Assembly: GCA_049322255.1 (NCBI GenBank)
Contig: JBMORE010000022.1
Coordinates: 1-64,000, forward strand
Reading direction: 5' to 3'
From: Myxococcota bacterium
GTDB taxonomy: Bacteria > Myxococcota > Myxococcia > Myxococcales > Myxococcaceae
Length of the DNA: 64,000 bases
The notes below the pieces were generated by a model, which saw only the letters and a program-made list of their open reading frames with translations, did no database searches and was not told the DNA's origin. Position numbers and translations under genes: made by a program. Of this stretch, positions 48,448 to 58,409 are shown piece after piece; the first letter of the stretch is position 1; each line of letters begins with the position of its first letter.

Positions 48448-50586
48448 TTGCGCATCGCGCTCACCCACAACCTGCGCCTCTCCGACTCGGAGGAAGAGGC
48501 CGAGTTCGATACAGAGGAGACGGTCAACGCGTTGGCGGCGGCGATCGAACGCTTGGGCCACCGGCTGGAGCGCTTCGAGGTGAGTGGCCCCGCCTCCCGC
48601 CTGGTGTCGCGCTTGGAGGCCTACAGCCCCGAGCTCATCTTCAACACCGCCGAGGGCCGCCGGGGCCGCCTGCGCGAGGCGTTCTATCCCGCGCTCTTCG
48701 AGGAGCTGGGCTTTGCCTACACCGGCAGCGACGCCTATGCGCTCGCCGTCACCTTGGACAAGCAGCTCTCCAAGCTCCTCCTGGCGCCCAAAGGGGTGCG
48801 CACCCCGGGCTGGCAGTTCGTGGAGAACCTCGAGGAGCTCGACCCGGAAGCGCTGCGCTACCCGGTGATCGTCAAGCCGAACTTCGAGGGTTCCTCCAAG
48901 GGCATCACCCAGGAGTCGATCGCCGAGAACGTGACGGAGGCAAAAGCAAAGGTAGCGCAGGCGCTCGGGCGCTACCCAGCCGGAGTGCTGGTGGAGGAGT
49001 TCATCGCCGGGCGTGACTTGACGGTGCCCTTCCTCGCAGCGGTGAGCAACGACTTCGGCGGCGTGTTGGCGCCGGTCGAGTACGTCATCGACGAGAAGCT
49101 CGCCAGCCAACGCCGCTACGCCATTTACGACTACGAGCTGAAGACCAAGCAGGACAAGGCGGTCTCCGTTCGTGCCCCCGCCCAGATCCCCGAGGAGACC
49201 GCCGAAGAGATGCGCAGGACGGCAAAAAAAATCTTCCAGGCGCTCGATTGCCGCGACCTGGGGCGCATCGATTTTCGGCTCTCGGACGCCGGGGTGCCGT
49301 ACTTCTTGGAGATCAACGCGCTGCCCTCGCTGGAAGAGGGCGCGGGCATCTACGTCGCCGCCGAGCTGGAGGGGCTGCACTTCGACGCGGTGATCGACTC
49401 GGTGATCTCCAGCGCCGCCAAGCGCTACAAGATCAAGGACTCCAAGCGCGCCTCCAGCAGGCCGGCGCGCAAGGTGGGGCCGCTCAAGGTCGGGTTCACC
49501 TTCAACGTCAAGCGCATCAAGCCCACCGCCGACGCCTCGGAAGATCGCGAGGCGGAGTACGACTCGCCCTCCACGTTGCAGAAGATTCGCGAGGCGATCG
49601 CCTCCTGGGGGCACGAGGTGATCGATCTCGAGGCCACCCCCGAGCTACCCAATGTGCTCGCCTCCACCCCGGTGGACATCGTGTTCAACATCGCCGAAGG
49701 CTTTCGTGGGCGAAACCGCGAGGCGCAGGTGCCGGCGCTGCTCGAGCTGCTCGACATTCCTTACACCGGCTCCGACCCCGCCACCCTCTCGCTCGCGCTG
49801 GACAAGGCGTTGGCCAAGAAGGTGGTGCGCCAGGCGGGCATCGACACTCCCGCGTTCCAGCTGATGGTCACCGGGAAGGAACGGCTCTCCAAGGAGCTCA
49901 CCCGCTATCCGCTGATGGTCAAGCCGGTGGCCGAGGGATCGTCCAAGGGCGTGGTGAAGAAGAGCGTGTGCGGCTCGGAGAACGAGGTGCGCGAGGTGGT
50001 GAGGGAGATGGTCCTGCGCTACCAGCAGCCGGCGCTGGTCGAGGAGTACATCGGCGGGCGCGAGTTCACTGTCGGCTTACTCGGCGAGCGGCGGCCCAAG
50101 GTGCTGCCGCCGATGGAAATCGTTTTCCTCGACAAGAACGACAAGACGCCGGTGTACCGCTTCGAGGACAAGCTCGACGTCAACGATCGCATTCGCTACG
50201 ACGTGCCGGCCAAGCTCGATGCGGGGCAATGGGAGCGGCTGAAGACGGCCGCGCGTGGCGCCTTCATGACCCTGGGCTGCCGTGACGTGGCGCGCCTGGA
50301 CTTTCGTATGGACGAGAAGGGCCGCTTCTATTTCCTCGAGTGCAACCCCCTGCCGGGCCTCACTCCGGGCTGGAGCGACCTGGTGCTCATCGCCCAAGGC
50401 GCAGGTATGGACTACCGCTCGCTCATCGAAGAAATCATGAGCGGTGCGGTGCGCCGGTACAAAGAACGCGAGCAGCGCCGGGCTGCGCGGGACGCGGCGC
50501 CCTTGGCCGGCGCCTCCCCCAGCGGCAACGGCAATGGCTACGGTGCGTCTGTCCCCGAGCGGTTCGAGGCCAAGGGAGGGACGTGA
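48448..50586 (+). CDS. Tandem D-Ala-D-Ala-ligase-like ATP-grasp protein
   Basis: Two modules each with FNxAEG, YTGS, VKPxxEGSSKG, VEEF/YI, RI/LDFR, ExNxLP; TTG start after GGAGGAGG. Confidence 0.9.
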   Translation: MRIALTHNLRLSDSEEEAEFDTEETVNALAAAIERLGHRLERFEVSGPASRLVSRLEAYSPELIFNTAEGRRGRLREAFYPALFEELGFAYTGSDAYALAVTLDKQLSKLLLAPKGVRTPGWQFVENLEELDPEALRYPVIVKPNFEGSSKGITQESIAENVTEAKAKVAQALGRYPAGVLVEEFIAGRDLTVPFLAAVSNDFGGVLAPVEYVIDEKLASQRRYAIYDYELKTKQDKAVSVRAPAQIPEETAEEMRRTAKKIFQALDCRDLGRIDFRLSDAGVPYFLEINALPSLEEGAGIYVAAELEGLHFDAVIDSVISSAAKRYKIKDSKRASSRPARKVGPLKVGFTFNVKRIKPTADASEDREAEYDSPSTLQKIREAIASWGHEVIDLEATPELPNVLASTPVDIVFNIAEGFRGRNREAQVPALLELLDIPYTGSDPATLSLALDKALAKKVVRQAGIDTPAFQLMVTGKERLSKELTRYPLMVKPVAEGSSKGVVKKSVCGSENEVREVVREMVLRYQQPALVEEYIGGREFTVGLLGERRPKVLPPMEIVFLDKNDKTPVYRFEDKLDVNDRIRYDVPAKLDAGQWERLKTAARGAFMTLGCRDVARLDFRMDEKGRFYFLECNPLPGLTPGWSDLVLIAQGAGMDYRSLIEEIMSGAVRRYKEREQRRAARDAAPLAGASPSGNGNGYGASVPERFEAKGGT

Positions 50587-50626
50587 GCGCAAAGAAGGCG
50601 CGGCAACGTGCGCGGCGTTCGGCGTC

Positions 50627-51019
50627 TCACTCTTTGTGGTGCCGCTTCAGCGCTGCCTTGACCAGGCCGGTGGGGTAGGTGTCCGGGCCGTAGCGGCCGA
50701 GAATGGTGGCGGTCTTCTCGCCTGGCTCGGGGGCCTGGAGCAGGAAGGGCCCGTGGTTGCCTACTCGGAGCGCGTAGTCTCCCGCGGGCTTGATGACTTC
50801 GATGGTCGCGCCGGGTTTGACCAGCGAGCCGAAGAGGACTTCTTTCACGGTCAGCTCGACCACCTGCCGCGCTGCCTTTCCGGGCAGGTCGGTGGCTCCA
50901 AACTCGGCCGGGGGCGGCGCAGTCTTCTTGTCCTGCAGGACGATTCGGGACACCTCGGCGAGCACCGCCGCGCTCGCCTTGGGTAGCACTTCGTCGATGG
51001 GTTCTGGAGGAATGGCCAT
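50627..51019 (-). CDS. Hypothetical beta-rich protein (130 aa)
   Basis: ATG 5 bp after calpain stop with GGAG upstream. Confidence 0.7.
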   Translation of the reverse strand: MAIPPEPIDEVLPKASAAVLAEVSRIVLQDKKTAPPPAEFGATDLPGKAARQVVELTVKEVLFGSLVKPGATIEVIKPAGDYALRVGNHGPFLLQAPEPGEKTATILGRYGPDTYPTGLVKAALKRHHKE

Positions 51020-51024
51020 GCGAG

Positions 51025-52749
51025 CTATTTCTCCACCACCGCGAAGTTGCTGTAGAGCTGGGCGAACTTGTCGAGCTCGAGCCGGAAATAGCCGTCGTTG
51101 TTGCCGTCCCACCCGGGCTCGCTCTGTCCCCAGGGGTTGCGTAGCTTGACGTACTTGACCCCGTTCTCCTCCTCGACCCCCAGCACCGAGTAGGCGTGGT
51201 TCGCATAGACGCCGGTGTTGGTGTAGCGCTCCGCCTCGTCTTTTCCGTAGGTGCCCGCGGTCATCGGGTACCGGCTTTGCTCAGCGGCCTTGATGCGCTC
51301 CCAGAGGCTTTCCTTGTTGTGAGGGCCGATCGACTCGTAGCGGTAGTCCTCCCCCAGCACGGTAGCCATCACCGAGCCCGACATCCCGCCGTTGCCAATC
51401 GCTTCGTAGCCGCCCTTCATTTGGGCGTAGGCCTTCTCTACCAGTGGGAACCAAAGCTCCATCTTGTCCGCGTCGGTGCTCCCGCCCAGGCTGCTTCCGT
51501 AGACCGGGCCGCCCCACGAGCGGGCATAAAGATCGCCATCGACCTTGATCTCCACCGGCTCGCTGGGCCCGTAGAACGAGTGCGGTTTGAAGGTGACGGT
51601 GTAGGTGCCGTCACCGTTGTCTTTGATGAGCTCGCGGATCACCTCGGGCTTCATGTGGGCGACCGCCGCCATCGCCGCCGGAAAGTAACAATCACCGATC
51701 GCGCCCTGGCGAACGTCGGCGGAAGACGGGTTGTCCTTGAACAGCGGGCCGGTGAAGCGGGTGAGCTTGTAGCGCGAGGCGCCGTCGGGGCTCTGGTCGT
51801 CTTTGAGCGGTTTGGGGTCGGGCAAGTCGACGCCGCCGGGGCCGGTATCGCCGCCGGGCACGCGCAAGGTGCCGGCCGCGGTGGCAAAGGTGACGTTGTT
51901 GGTGCCGTCGGTCGCCGCCACCAAGAAGCTGTCACCCGCTTTGCCGTCCAGCTGAAGCCCAGCCGGAATCGAGCCGTTCTCGTTCACCTGGACGTCCTGG
52001 TGCGCTCCGGTGCGGGTGTTGGTGAAGCGCAACCGCGCTCCAGGCTCGGACAGGGGGCGGGCGGTGTTGTGGGTGACCGAAACCTTTCCGTCACCCGTGG
52101 CGGCGAGGTCGATGCGCTCCAGGTTGACCTCGGCATTGCGGCCATCGACGGCGGCGAGGCCCTTGGCCTTGATCGTCACCCAGTCGCTCGTGCTGCCGTC
52201 GGTGGAGCGGGTGCGCAGGCGGACGATGTCGCCTTCTTTCAGATCGGGCAGGTTGCCGGAGAACTTCCCGTGCTGGTCTGCCCGCCCGATCTCCATCGTG
52301 TCGGCCAGATGGAGCCGGCCCGAGGGCGCCGACGAGAGGTTGATCGCCTCGATTTTGTCCCCGGGCTTGGCGGTGCCGAAGATGCCGTCGCGCTGGTCGC
52401 CGGTGATGGTCAGCGCGCCGAACGAGCTCTGCAAGGGCGCGCGTCCCACCAGCGCCTCGAGAAAGTTCTTCGCTCCGGGAGTCATCTCCAGGCTGCTCTG
52501 GTCGAGCAGGTCGGCGATGTCCATACGCTCGTTCGCCGACAAGCCCCGCTTGGCGAGGTCGAGCTGTTCTTGCCGGCTGATGCCGCCGCGGGTGAGCTCG
52601 GACAGCAAGCGCGTCCCGTTCCAGCGCACCCCGTCACCCACCGCGGCGAGCAGCCGCAGCACGTTGGTGTCGTCTATCTTCGGCGAGGGGGAGTTGCGCA
52701 GGTCGCTGGTGAAACTGCGGATCTGTGAGTCACGAATTCGAGAGGGCAC
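51025..52749 (-). CDS. Calpain-like (C2) cysteine protease
   Basis: QGAIGDCYF, LVEKAYA, NHAYSV, LRNPWG. Confidence 0.92.
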   Translation of the reverse strand: MPSRIRDSQIRSFTSDLRNSPSPKIDDTNVLRLLAAVGDGVRWNGTRLLSELTRGGISRQEQLDLAKRGLSANERMDIADLLDQSSLEMTPGAKNFLEALVGRAPLQSSFGALTITGDQRDGIFGTAKPGDKIEAINLSSAPSGRLHLADTMEIGRADQHGKFSGNLPDLKEGDIVRLRTRSTDGSTSDWVTIKAKGLAAVDGRNAEVNLERIDLAATGDGKVSVTHNTARPLSEPGARLRFTNTRTGAHQDVQVNENGSIPAGLQLDGKAGDSFLVAATDGTNNVTFATAAGTLRVPGGDTGPGGVDLPDPKPLKDDQSPDGASRYKLTRFTGPLFKDNPSSADVRQGAIGDCYFPAAMAAVAHMKPEVIRELIKDNGDGTYTVTFKPHSFYGPSEPVEIKVDGDLYARSWGGPVYGSSLGGSTDADKMELWFPLVEKAYAQMKGGYEAIGNGGMSGSVMATVLGEDYRYESIGPHNKESLWERIKAAEQSRYPMTAGTYGKDEAERYTNTGVYANHAYSVLGVEEENGVKYVKLRNPWGQSEPGWDGNNDGYFRLELDKFAQLYSNFAVVEK

Positions 52750-52871
52750 GGGTACCTCTTTGGGCTATCGACGCGCGGGAGATTGTCGCATGAACGGAGC
52801 CGAAGGTTGCGTTCACGGCGCGAAAAGTTCCAGGACTTGGGCGGTGGCGAGAAAGGTATGGTGCGCAAGCG

Positions 52872-54023
52872 ATGCAGGAGACCTTCGAGCTCAAAGAGCC
52901 GCGCACCCGGGCAAGGGACCTGGGGGTACCCTTAGGCCGGTTCAAGCCGGGGAAATTCAACGCGATCACCGACGTGGAGGGGGTGTTGGTGGGGCACTCC
53001 ACCATCGTTCGCGGCAAAGGACCGCTCAAGGTGGGGGAGGGCCCAGTGCGCACCGGAGTGACCGCCATTCTCCCCAATCGGGGCAACATCTTCATGGACC
53101 GGCTGGCGGGGGGCGGCTTCGTGCTCAACGGGGCGGGGGAGGTGTCGGGCCTCACCCAAGTGATTGAATGGGGGCTCATCGAGACGCCCATCTTGCTCAC
53201 CAACACCATGTCGGTGGGGGCGGTGAGCGACGCGGTGGCGCGTTACATGGTCGAACGCTACCCGGGCATCGGCGACGAGCACGACGTCATCATTCCCGTG
53301 GTGGGGGAGTGCGACGACAGCTGGCTCAACGACATCTCCGGCCGCCACGTGAAAGACACCCACGTGCGGGAGGCGATCCACTCCGCGAGCGCCGGGCCGG
53401 TGGTCGAGGGCGGCGTCGGCGGAGGCACCGGGATGATCACCTGCGACTTCAAGGCAGGCATCGGCACCTCCTCGCGCAAGCTCCCCGAGGTCTTCGGCGG
53501 CTACACCCTGGGCGTGCTGGTGATGTCCAACTTCGGAAAGATGCACAACCTGCGCGTGGGGGGCCTGCCGGTGGGTGAGGTGCTCGCCACGAAGCTCAAG
53601 CGCCTGCCCCGACGCACCCACTCGTACGGGTCGATCATCGCCGTGGTGGCCACTGACGCGCCGCTTCTGTCCCACCAAATCAACCGTCTGTGCAAACGGG
53701 TGGCGCTGGGCATCGGGCGGGTGGGCAGCTACGCGGCGCACGGTTCGGGGGAAATCGTGGTCGGCTTCTCCACCGCCAACGTCATCCCCCGGCGCACGCG
53801 GAAGATGGTCTACAAGATGAAGATTCTTCTCGATCAGCGCCTCGACCCGCTCTACGAGGCGGTGATGGAGGCCACCGAAGAAGCCATTCTCAACGCGATG
53901 TGCATGGCCGAGCCGATGACCGGCATCAACGACAACTACTGCCCAGCGCTGCCCTTGGGAGAGGTGCGCCGCTTCATCAACGCCACGCGTCTCTACCCGG
54001 CGAAAGACAAACCTGCTAGGTAG
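52872..54023 (+). CDS. DmpA-like (P1/S58) aminopeptidase
   Basis: NAITDVEGVLVGH, RTGVTAILP, GGGTGM, GSIIAVVATDAP, HGSG. Confidence 0.92.
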   Translation: MQETFELKEPRTRARDLGVPLGRFKPGKFNAITDVEGVLVGHSTIVRGKGPLKVGEGPVRTGVTAILPNRGNIFMDRLAGGGFVLNGAGEVSGLTQVIEWGLIETPILLTNTMSVGAVSDAVARYMVERYPGIGDEHDVIIPVVGECDDSWLNDISGRHVKDTHVREAIHSASAGPVVEGGVGGGTGMITCDFKAGIGTSSRKLPEVFGGYTLGVLVMSNFGKMHNLRVGGLPVGEVLATKLKRLPRRTHSYGSIIAVVATDAPLLSHQINRLCKRVALGIGRVGSYAAHGSGEIVVGFSTANVIPRRTRKMVYKMKILLDQRLDPLYEAVMEATEEAILNAMCMAEPMTGINDNYCPALPLGEVRRFINATRLYPAKDKPAR

Positions 54024-54048
54024 CGCGGCCTGATTCAGGGAGGCATCG

Positions 54049-54168
54049 ATGGCCCGCAGCAAGAGCAAGCACCGGCGCGTGAGAATGAAGATTCGGCAGG
54101 CATGGAAGAAGCGCGCCGGCAAGAAGAAAGCCGCCGCCAAGGCCGCCGCCGCGAAGAAGAAGTCGTAG
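54049..54168 (+). CDS. 39-aa highly basic protein (not in ORF track)
   Basis: GGGAGG RBS; MARSKSKHRRVRMKIRQAWKKRAGKKKAAAKAAAAKKKS; fills the gap between convergent genes. Confidence 0.7.
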   Translation: MARSKSKHRRVRMKIRQAWKKRAGKKKAAAKAAAAKKKS

Positions 54169-54618
54169 CTACTGCTTCTCGCCCAAAAACGAGTGCTGGC
54201 GGGTGCAGCTCTGGCTCCCTCCCGGGCCGGGCCGCGTCTGTTGCGTCGCGTATTGGCCTCGAATCCAAGTGCCTCCGTCGGTGACCGCCGAGGGGGGGAT
54301 GAACGCTCCGCGCACGTCGATGGCGTCGTTGCCTCCGTCCCTTTGCGCCTGGATTCCCCCCAAGGTGAAGTCGAAGGTGTCGAACACCGTGCCCACCAAG
54401 TCGACGCGGCCGGCCTGTGAACGAAGCGTCGAGCCGATGCGGGTGAAGACCAACTCGGGCGGCGGCGGTCCCGGCTCGAGCGAGGGGCAGCCGGAGGAGA
54501 GCTGCGCTGCTTCGTAGCGCATCTGGTACCGGCCCTCGATGGGTGGACAGCTGGAGCAGGGGCGAGCCTCGTCACAGGCGGACAAGAAGAAGGAAGTGAG
54601 GATGGGCCAAGGACGCAT
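54169..54618 (-). CDS. Hypothetical lipoprotein
   Basis: Lipobox LSAC. Confidence 0.75.
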   Translation of the reverse strand: MRPWPILTSFFLSACDEARPCSSCPPIEGRYQMRYEAAQLSSGCPSLEPGPPPPELVFTRIGSTLRSQAGRVDLVGTVFDTFDFTLGGIQAQRDGGNDAIDVRGAFIPPSAVTDGGTWIRGQYATQQTRPGPGGSQSCTRQHSFLGEKQ

Positions 54619-54633
54619 CGGCTTTCAGCCTAG

Positions 54634-55535
54634 AACGCGTCCGGTAATTCAGCGAGCGCCGCCCGGCTTCCGGCGCGCCGCCGTCGCGAGCTGGCGCTTT
54701 GTCTCGCCGCCGTGAGCGAGCGGCTGATTCGGGCGGTCGGGTACCCGTATCATCCAACCAGCACCTCGCCGTTCCGCTTCACCATCTCTCGGGCCAGCTT
54801 GTTGAGGTTGAAGCCCAGCACCGCCATCTGGCCGCACGTACCCATCTTGCGCGCCGAACGGGCTGGCGGCCGGTGGAATCCGTACCGGCTGCTCTTCACC
54901 GCTCCGATGCCTGCCTCCACCTGCGCCCTCTCTTTGACCAACTCGTCCTTCTTCCTCCCTCGCACTGCCCAGCTCGCCTGGCCCAGGGGGCCAGTCCCAC
55001 ATGCTTCACGCCCTTCCGCTTCAGCTCGGTGACATTCGCCCCCACCAGGGCACGAAGATGCGGCGGCCGACCAGCGGCGTTCTTCACCTTCGTCAGGCGA
55101 ATCCTCTCGACGAAATCCAACAGGTCCGTCCAGTCGATCTCGTCCGCGAGCACCACCACCCGGTGGTTCTCGTCGAGCGGGATGGTCGGTCGCTTCGAAT
55201 ACGGAATGAGCTCCCGCTGGCGGCTGCCGCCGCTGTTGCGTTTGGCCATGTGTGACCTCCAGAGCCACCTGACGGCGACTGGCTATCCAACTTGGGGGCC
55301 CGTCCTCGGGCTTCCCTTGCTGGGCGTTTGTTTTTGATGCGCGTTCCGTACGCATTTGTGCCGGTTTTTGTGCCCAGTTATAACGCGTCGAGAGCAAGAG
55401 CCGCTCTTCCCCTTCTCCACCAGGTCGCCCGGTTCTTGGGGGCGGCACTCCAGCGGGGCGGGGCGGCACGGGCCTCCGACTCTCCAACTCCACGCCCGTC
55501 ACGCTCTCGGAGGTCGCTGAATTACCGGACGCGTT
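54634..55535 (-). mobile_element. Internally deleted IS5-family element
   Basis: Perfect 22-bp terminal inverted repeats (54634-54655, 55514-55535); AGCCTAG direct repeat at 54627-54633 and 55537-55543; transposase fragments inside. Confidence 0.88.
54750..55249 (-). pseudogene. IS5-like transposase remnant
   Basis: N-terminus (HRVVVLADEIDW..GRPP) joined to C-terminus (RAQVEAGIGAVK..GFNLNKL) with a frameshift near 54985; central catalytic region missing. Confidence 0.8.
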
Positions 55536-55553
55536 TAGCCTAGCAGTCGGCGG

Positions 55554-56663
55554 TTGAACCAAAGAGCTCTGGCGCACCTTGGCGCTCAGGCCGCACCATC
55601 GCCACCTTCATCGGCGGTGTCCGAGCGGCGCGGAAAGAGGCGATCGAACCTGGTCTTCGGAGCGCTCTTCGCGCTCTCCTGCGTGCTCTTTGGCCGCGTC
55701 GTCTGGCCGTTCTTGATGCCGGTGCTTTTGGGCGGCTTCCTTGCGGTGCTTTTCATGCCTGCGCACGACCTCTTGCGCCGCGTGCTATGCCGCCACCGCG
55801 CCCTTTGTGCGGGCCTCGCCACCGTCAGCGTGTTCTTGCTCATCTGCGTGCCGGTGGTGGTGATTTCCTACCTGGTGCTGCGTGAGCTGCTCGGCGTGGC
55901 GGACGCGGTTCAAAAACTCCTCGCCCACGTCGACGTGCGCGAGGAGCTCTCGCGCCTGCTCCCCGCAGGGGTAGGCCGCCACCTCCTCTTCACCGCTGCC
56001 TCGGCCGAGGGGGCTGTGTTGACCGCGTTGAGCAACGGCGCCGAGCTGGCCAGGCAACTGTTGGGGGCGGGCACCGAGCTGGGGGTCGACCTGTTCTTGA
56101 TGACCATCGCGCTCTACTACTTTTTTCTCGACGGGCGCCGGCTCGTGTCGACGATGGCGAGGCTTTTGCCGTTGGAGCAGCGCTACTTCGACGCCTTCGC
56201 CCAGGAGTTCAAGGACGTCACCTTCGCCATCATGTACGGCAACACCCTCACCGCGATGGTGCAGGGAGCCTTCGGTTTCGTGGGCCTCTTCGTGGCCGGG
56301 GTGCCGCACCCGGTTCTGTGGGCGGTGGCGATGGCTGCCTTCGCCCTCATTCCGCTGGGTGGCACCGCGCTGGTGTGGGCTCCGATGGGGGTGGTGCTCT
56401 GGGTGACTGGGAGTGTCTGGCAAGGGGTTTTCTTGCTCGTGTTTGGCGCGCTCGTGGTGAGCACGGTGGACAACCTGATTCGACCTCGCCTGTGCGGCAT
56501 GCGCATGACACTGCACCCCTTGATGGTGTTCCTTTCCATCTTCGGAGGGCTGGCCGTGTTCGGGCTGATGGGGCTCTTGGTGGGGCCGCTCATCGCCGCC
56601 CTGTTCATGACGACGGTGCGAATTTACCGGCGTGACTTCTTGAGGCGACCTGCCTCCGCCTGA
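55554..56663 (+). CDS. AI-2E family transporter
   Basis: Multiple TM helices; YFFLDG, IPLGGTALVW, VDNLIRP, GGLAVFGLMGLLVGP. Confidence 0.9.
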   Translation: MNQRALAHLGAQAAPSPPSSAVSERRGKRRSNLVFGALFALSCVLFGRVVWPFLMPVLLGGFLAVLFMPAHDLLRRVLCRHRALCAGLATVSVFLLICVPVVVISYLVLRELLGVADAVQKLLAHVDVREELSRLLPAGVGRHLLFTAASAEGAVLTALSNGAELARQLLGAGTELGVDLFLMTIALYYFFLDGRRLVSTMARLLPLEQRYFDAFAQEFKDVTFAIMYGNTLTAMVQGAFGFVGLFVAGVPHPVLWAVAMAAFALIPLGGTALVWAPMGVVLWVTGSVWQGVFLLVFGALVVSTVDNLIRPRLCGMRMTLHPLMVFLSIFGGLAVFGLMGLLVGPLIAALFMTTVRIYRRDFLRRPASA

Positions 56664-56757
56664 GCGTCGAGGCCGTTCCCCTCCATCGGTTGTACGCGCT
56701 CGTGCGAGGGCGAGGTAACATCGCGCCATCCGAGGGCTGCCAGGGAGTGTTTTCACG

Positions 56758-58317
56758 GTGAATGCATCGAGGTTGGACAGGTCCAGGAGCGGAAGCGTCT
56801 TTTGCTTGATGGCGTTGGGGTGGGTGCTCGCCGGCCAAGCGGCGTACGCCCAGCGGGTGGTGGTGCTCGAGCTGAGCGGTGACCGCGGTGACCGGCTGCG
56901 CTCGCAAATCGAAGGGGCGCTCAAGAAGGCCGGGCAGGTCGAGCTGGTCTCCATCAAGTCCTACAAGAACACGGCGGCGAAGCGGAAGCTGCGGGGCGCC
57001 CAGGCAATGACTCCGGCCGGGGTGAGCCGGGTTGGTCCCGTGCTCGGGCTGGACGCTGCCATCGAAGGGGCGCTGGGGGACACTTTCTTCGTGCGCATCC
57101 TCGATGGGACCGGAGCCGAGCTGTGGTCGAAGGATTTGCCGATCAAGGGAGGTCTCGTCTCCCCCGACCATGCGCGCAAGCTGGCCAAAGCGATTTACGC
57201 CGCCGCCAAGTCCGGGATGGGCAAATCCAAACCGGCGCTCTCCAAGGTTGAGGAGGAAGCCCAGGAGGAAGAGGCTCCGGTGGTCGAGGCACCCGCGGAG
57301 GACGAGCCCAAGAAAGAAGAAAAGGAAGAGACCGAGACCTCGAACAAGGAGGAGCTCACCCTCCCCACCATCGATCTGACGGAGAACCTCACCGAGGAGC
57401 AGCGTGAGCGGCGTCGGCGCGACGAGGTGGTCGAGGCTCATACCGCGGTGACGATCAATCAGGAGTTCGAGCGCGATCCCGATCTCGACGCGGAGAGCCG
57501 TACCACCAAGCCCCGTATCGGGCCCAAGCTCCTCACCCTGTCCCTGACCGGCACCACCACCTGGCGCGCCTACTGCTCGCGGGAGGGACTGGATTCGTGC
57601 GCGGCGTTCCAGGGAGATCGGAACCTCGGAGACGCCGATTTTTCCTCGGGTGCACCCTACGCAGGCGTCGGGGTGACGGTCGAGCTCTTCCCCATGGCTT
57701 CGTTCGATGGACCCTTGCGGGGCGTGGGGTTGGTTGCCGGCTACGGCCGCGGCTTCTCGCTCATCAACTTCGACGATGGCGGCGGAGCGCCTGAGGGTAG
57801 GCAAGTCCTCGCGATCGACGAGTCGGTCGTCGCCATGGCCGCCTATCGCTTCTTCTTCAGCTTTGGGCACGGGGGCGATCCTGTCAGCTTCGTGGGCGGA
57901 CGCTTGGGAATGATGGTGCGCAACTTCGAGATCGACCCTGCGGCCCAGGTACCGCTGCCCGGCTCGCACCGGCTCTACCCCGCGTTGGGCGTCGACGCGG
58001 CCGTGCCTCTGTTCAAGAAGATGGTGCGGGCGGAAGGAAGCGGGCTGGTCTTCTTGAACCCTCGCGCGGGCCCCGACGAGATCGCCGGCTATGGTGACCT
58101 CAACGATCCGAGCGGCGGTGCCTCCGGATCGGGCTGGGCAGTGGAGCTCGGTTTGGGTGGCGAGGTGTGGGGGCCGTTGGGCTACACCTTCAAGTACCGT
58201 CTGACCCATTACGCCGACCGCTTCGTGGGCCGGGGGCAAAAGTGGTTGAGTGGCAGCGGTGGCGTGGCGAGGGAGAGCTACTCCTCGCTCTACTGGGGCA
58301 TCACCGCTACCTTCTGA
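56758..58317 (+). CDS. Putative outer-membrane beta-barrel protein with N-terminal alpha/beta domain
   Basis: Signal peptide, acidic linker, amphipathic strands, C-terminal GITATF; start uncertain. Confidence 0.7.
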   Translation: MNASRLDRSRSGSVFCLMALGWVLAGQAAYAQRVVVLELSGDRGDRLRSQIEGALKKAGQVELVSIKSYKNTAAKRKLRGAQAMTPAGVSRVGPVLGLDAAIEGALGDTFFVRILDGTGAELWSKDLPIKGGLVSPDHARKLAKAIYAAAKSGMGKSKPALSKVEEEAQEEEAPVVEAPAEDEPKKEEKEETETSNKEELTLPTIDLTENLTEEQRERRRRDEVVEAHTAVTINQEFERDPDLDAESRTTKPRIGPKLLTLSLTGTTTWRAYCSREGLDSCAAFQGDRNLGDADFSSGAPYAGVGVTVELFPMASFDGPLRGVGLVAGYGRGFSLINFDDGGGAPEGRQVLAIDESVVAMAAYRFFFSFGHGGDPVSFVGGRLGMMVRNFEIDPAAQVPLPGSHRLYPALGVDAAVPLFKKMVRAEGSGLVFLNPRAGPDEIAGYGDLNDPSGGASGSGWAVELGLGGEVWGPLGYTFKYRLTHYADRFVGRGQKWLSGSGGVARESYSSLYWGITATF

Positions 58318-58409
58318 GCCAACGTCGCTGAACGTTGACACCTGGGGGGCCAGCCCCTAGTGTCCGCGCCCCTCGTAGGGCCGACAACCTCATCGCCAAG
58401 AAACTCGAC

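Noticed and set aside
54750..55577. Intact 275-aa transposase
   Set aside because: Only the last ~75 codons resemble a transposase; the rest is off-frame and crosses the element end
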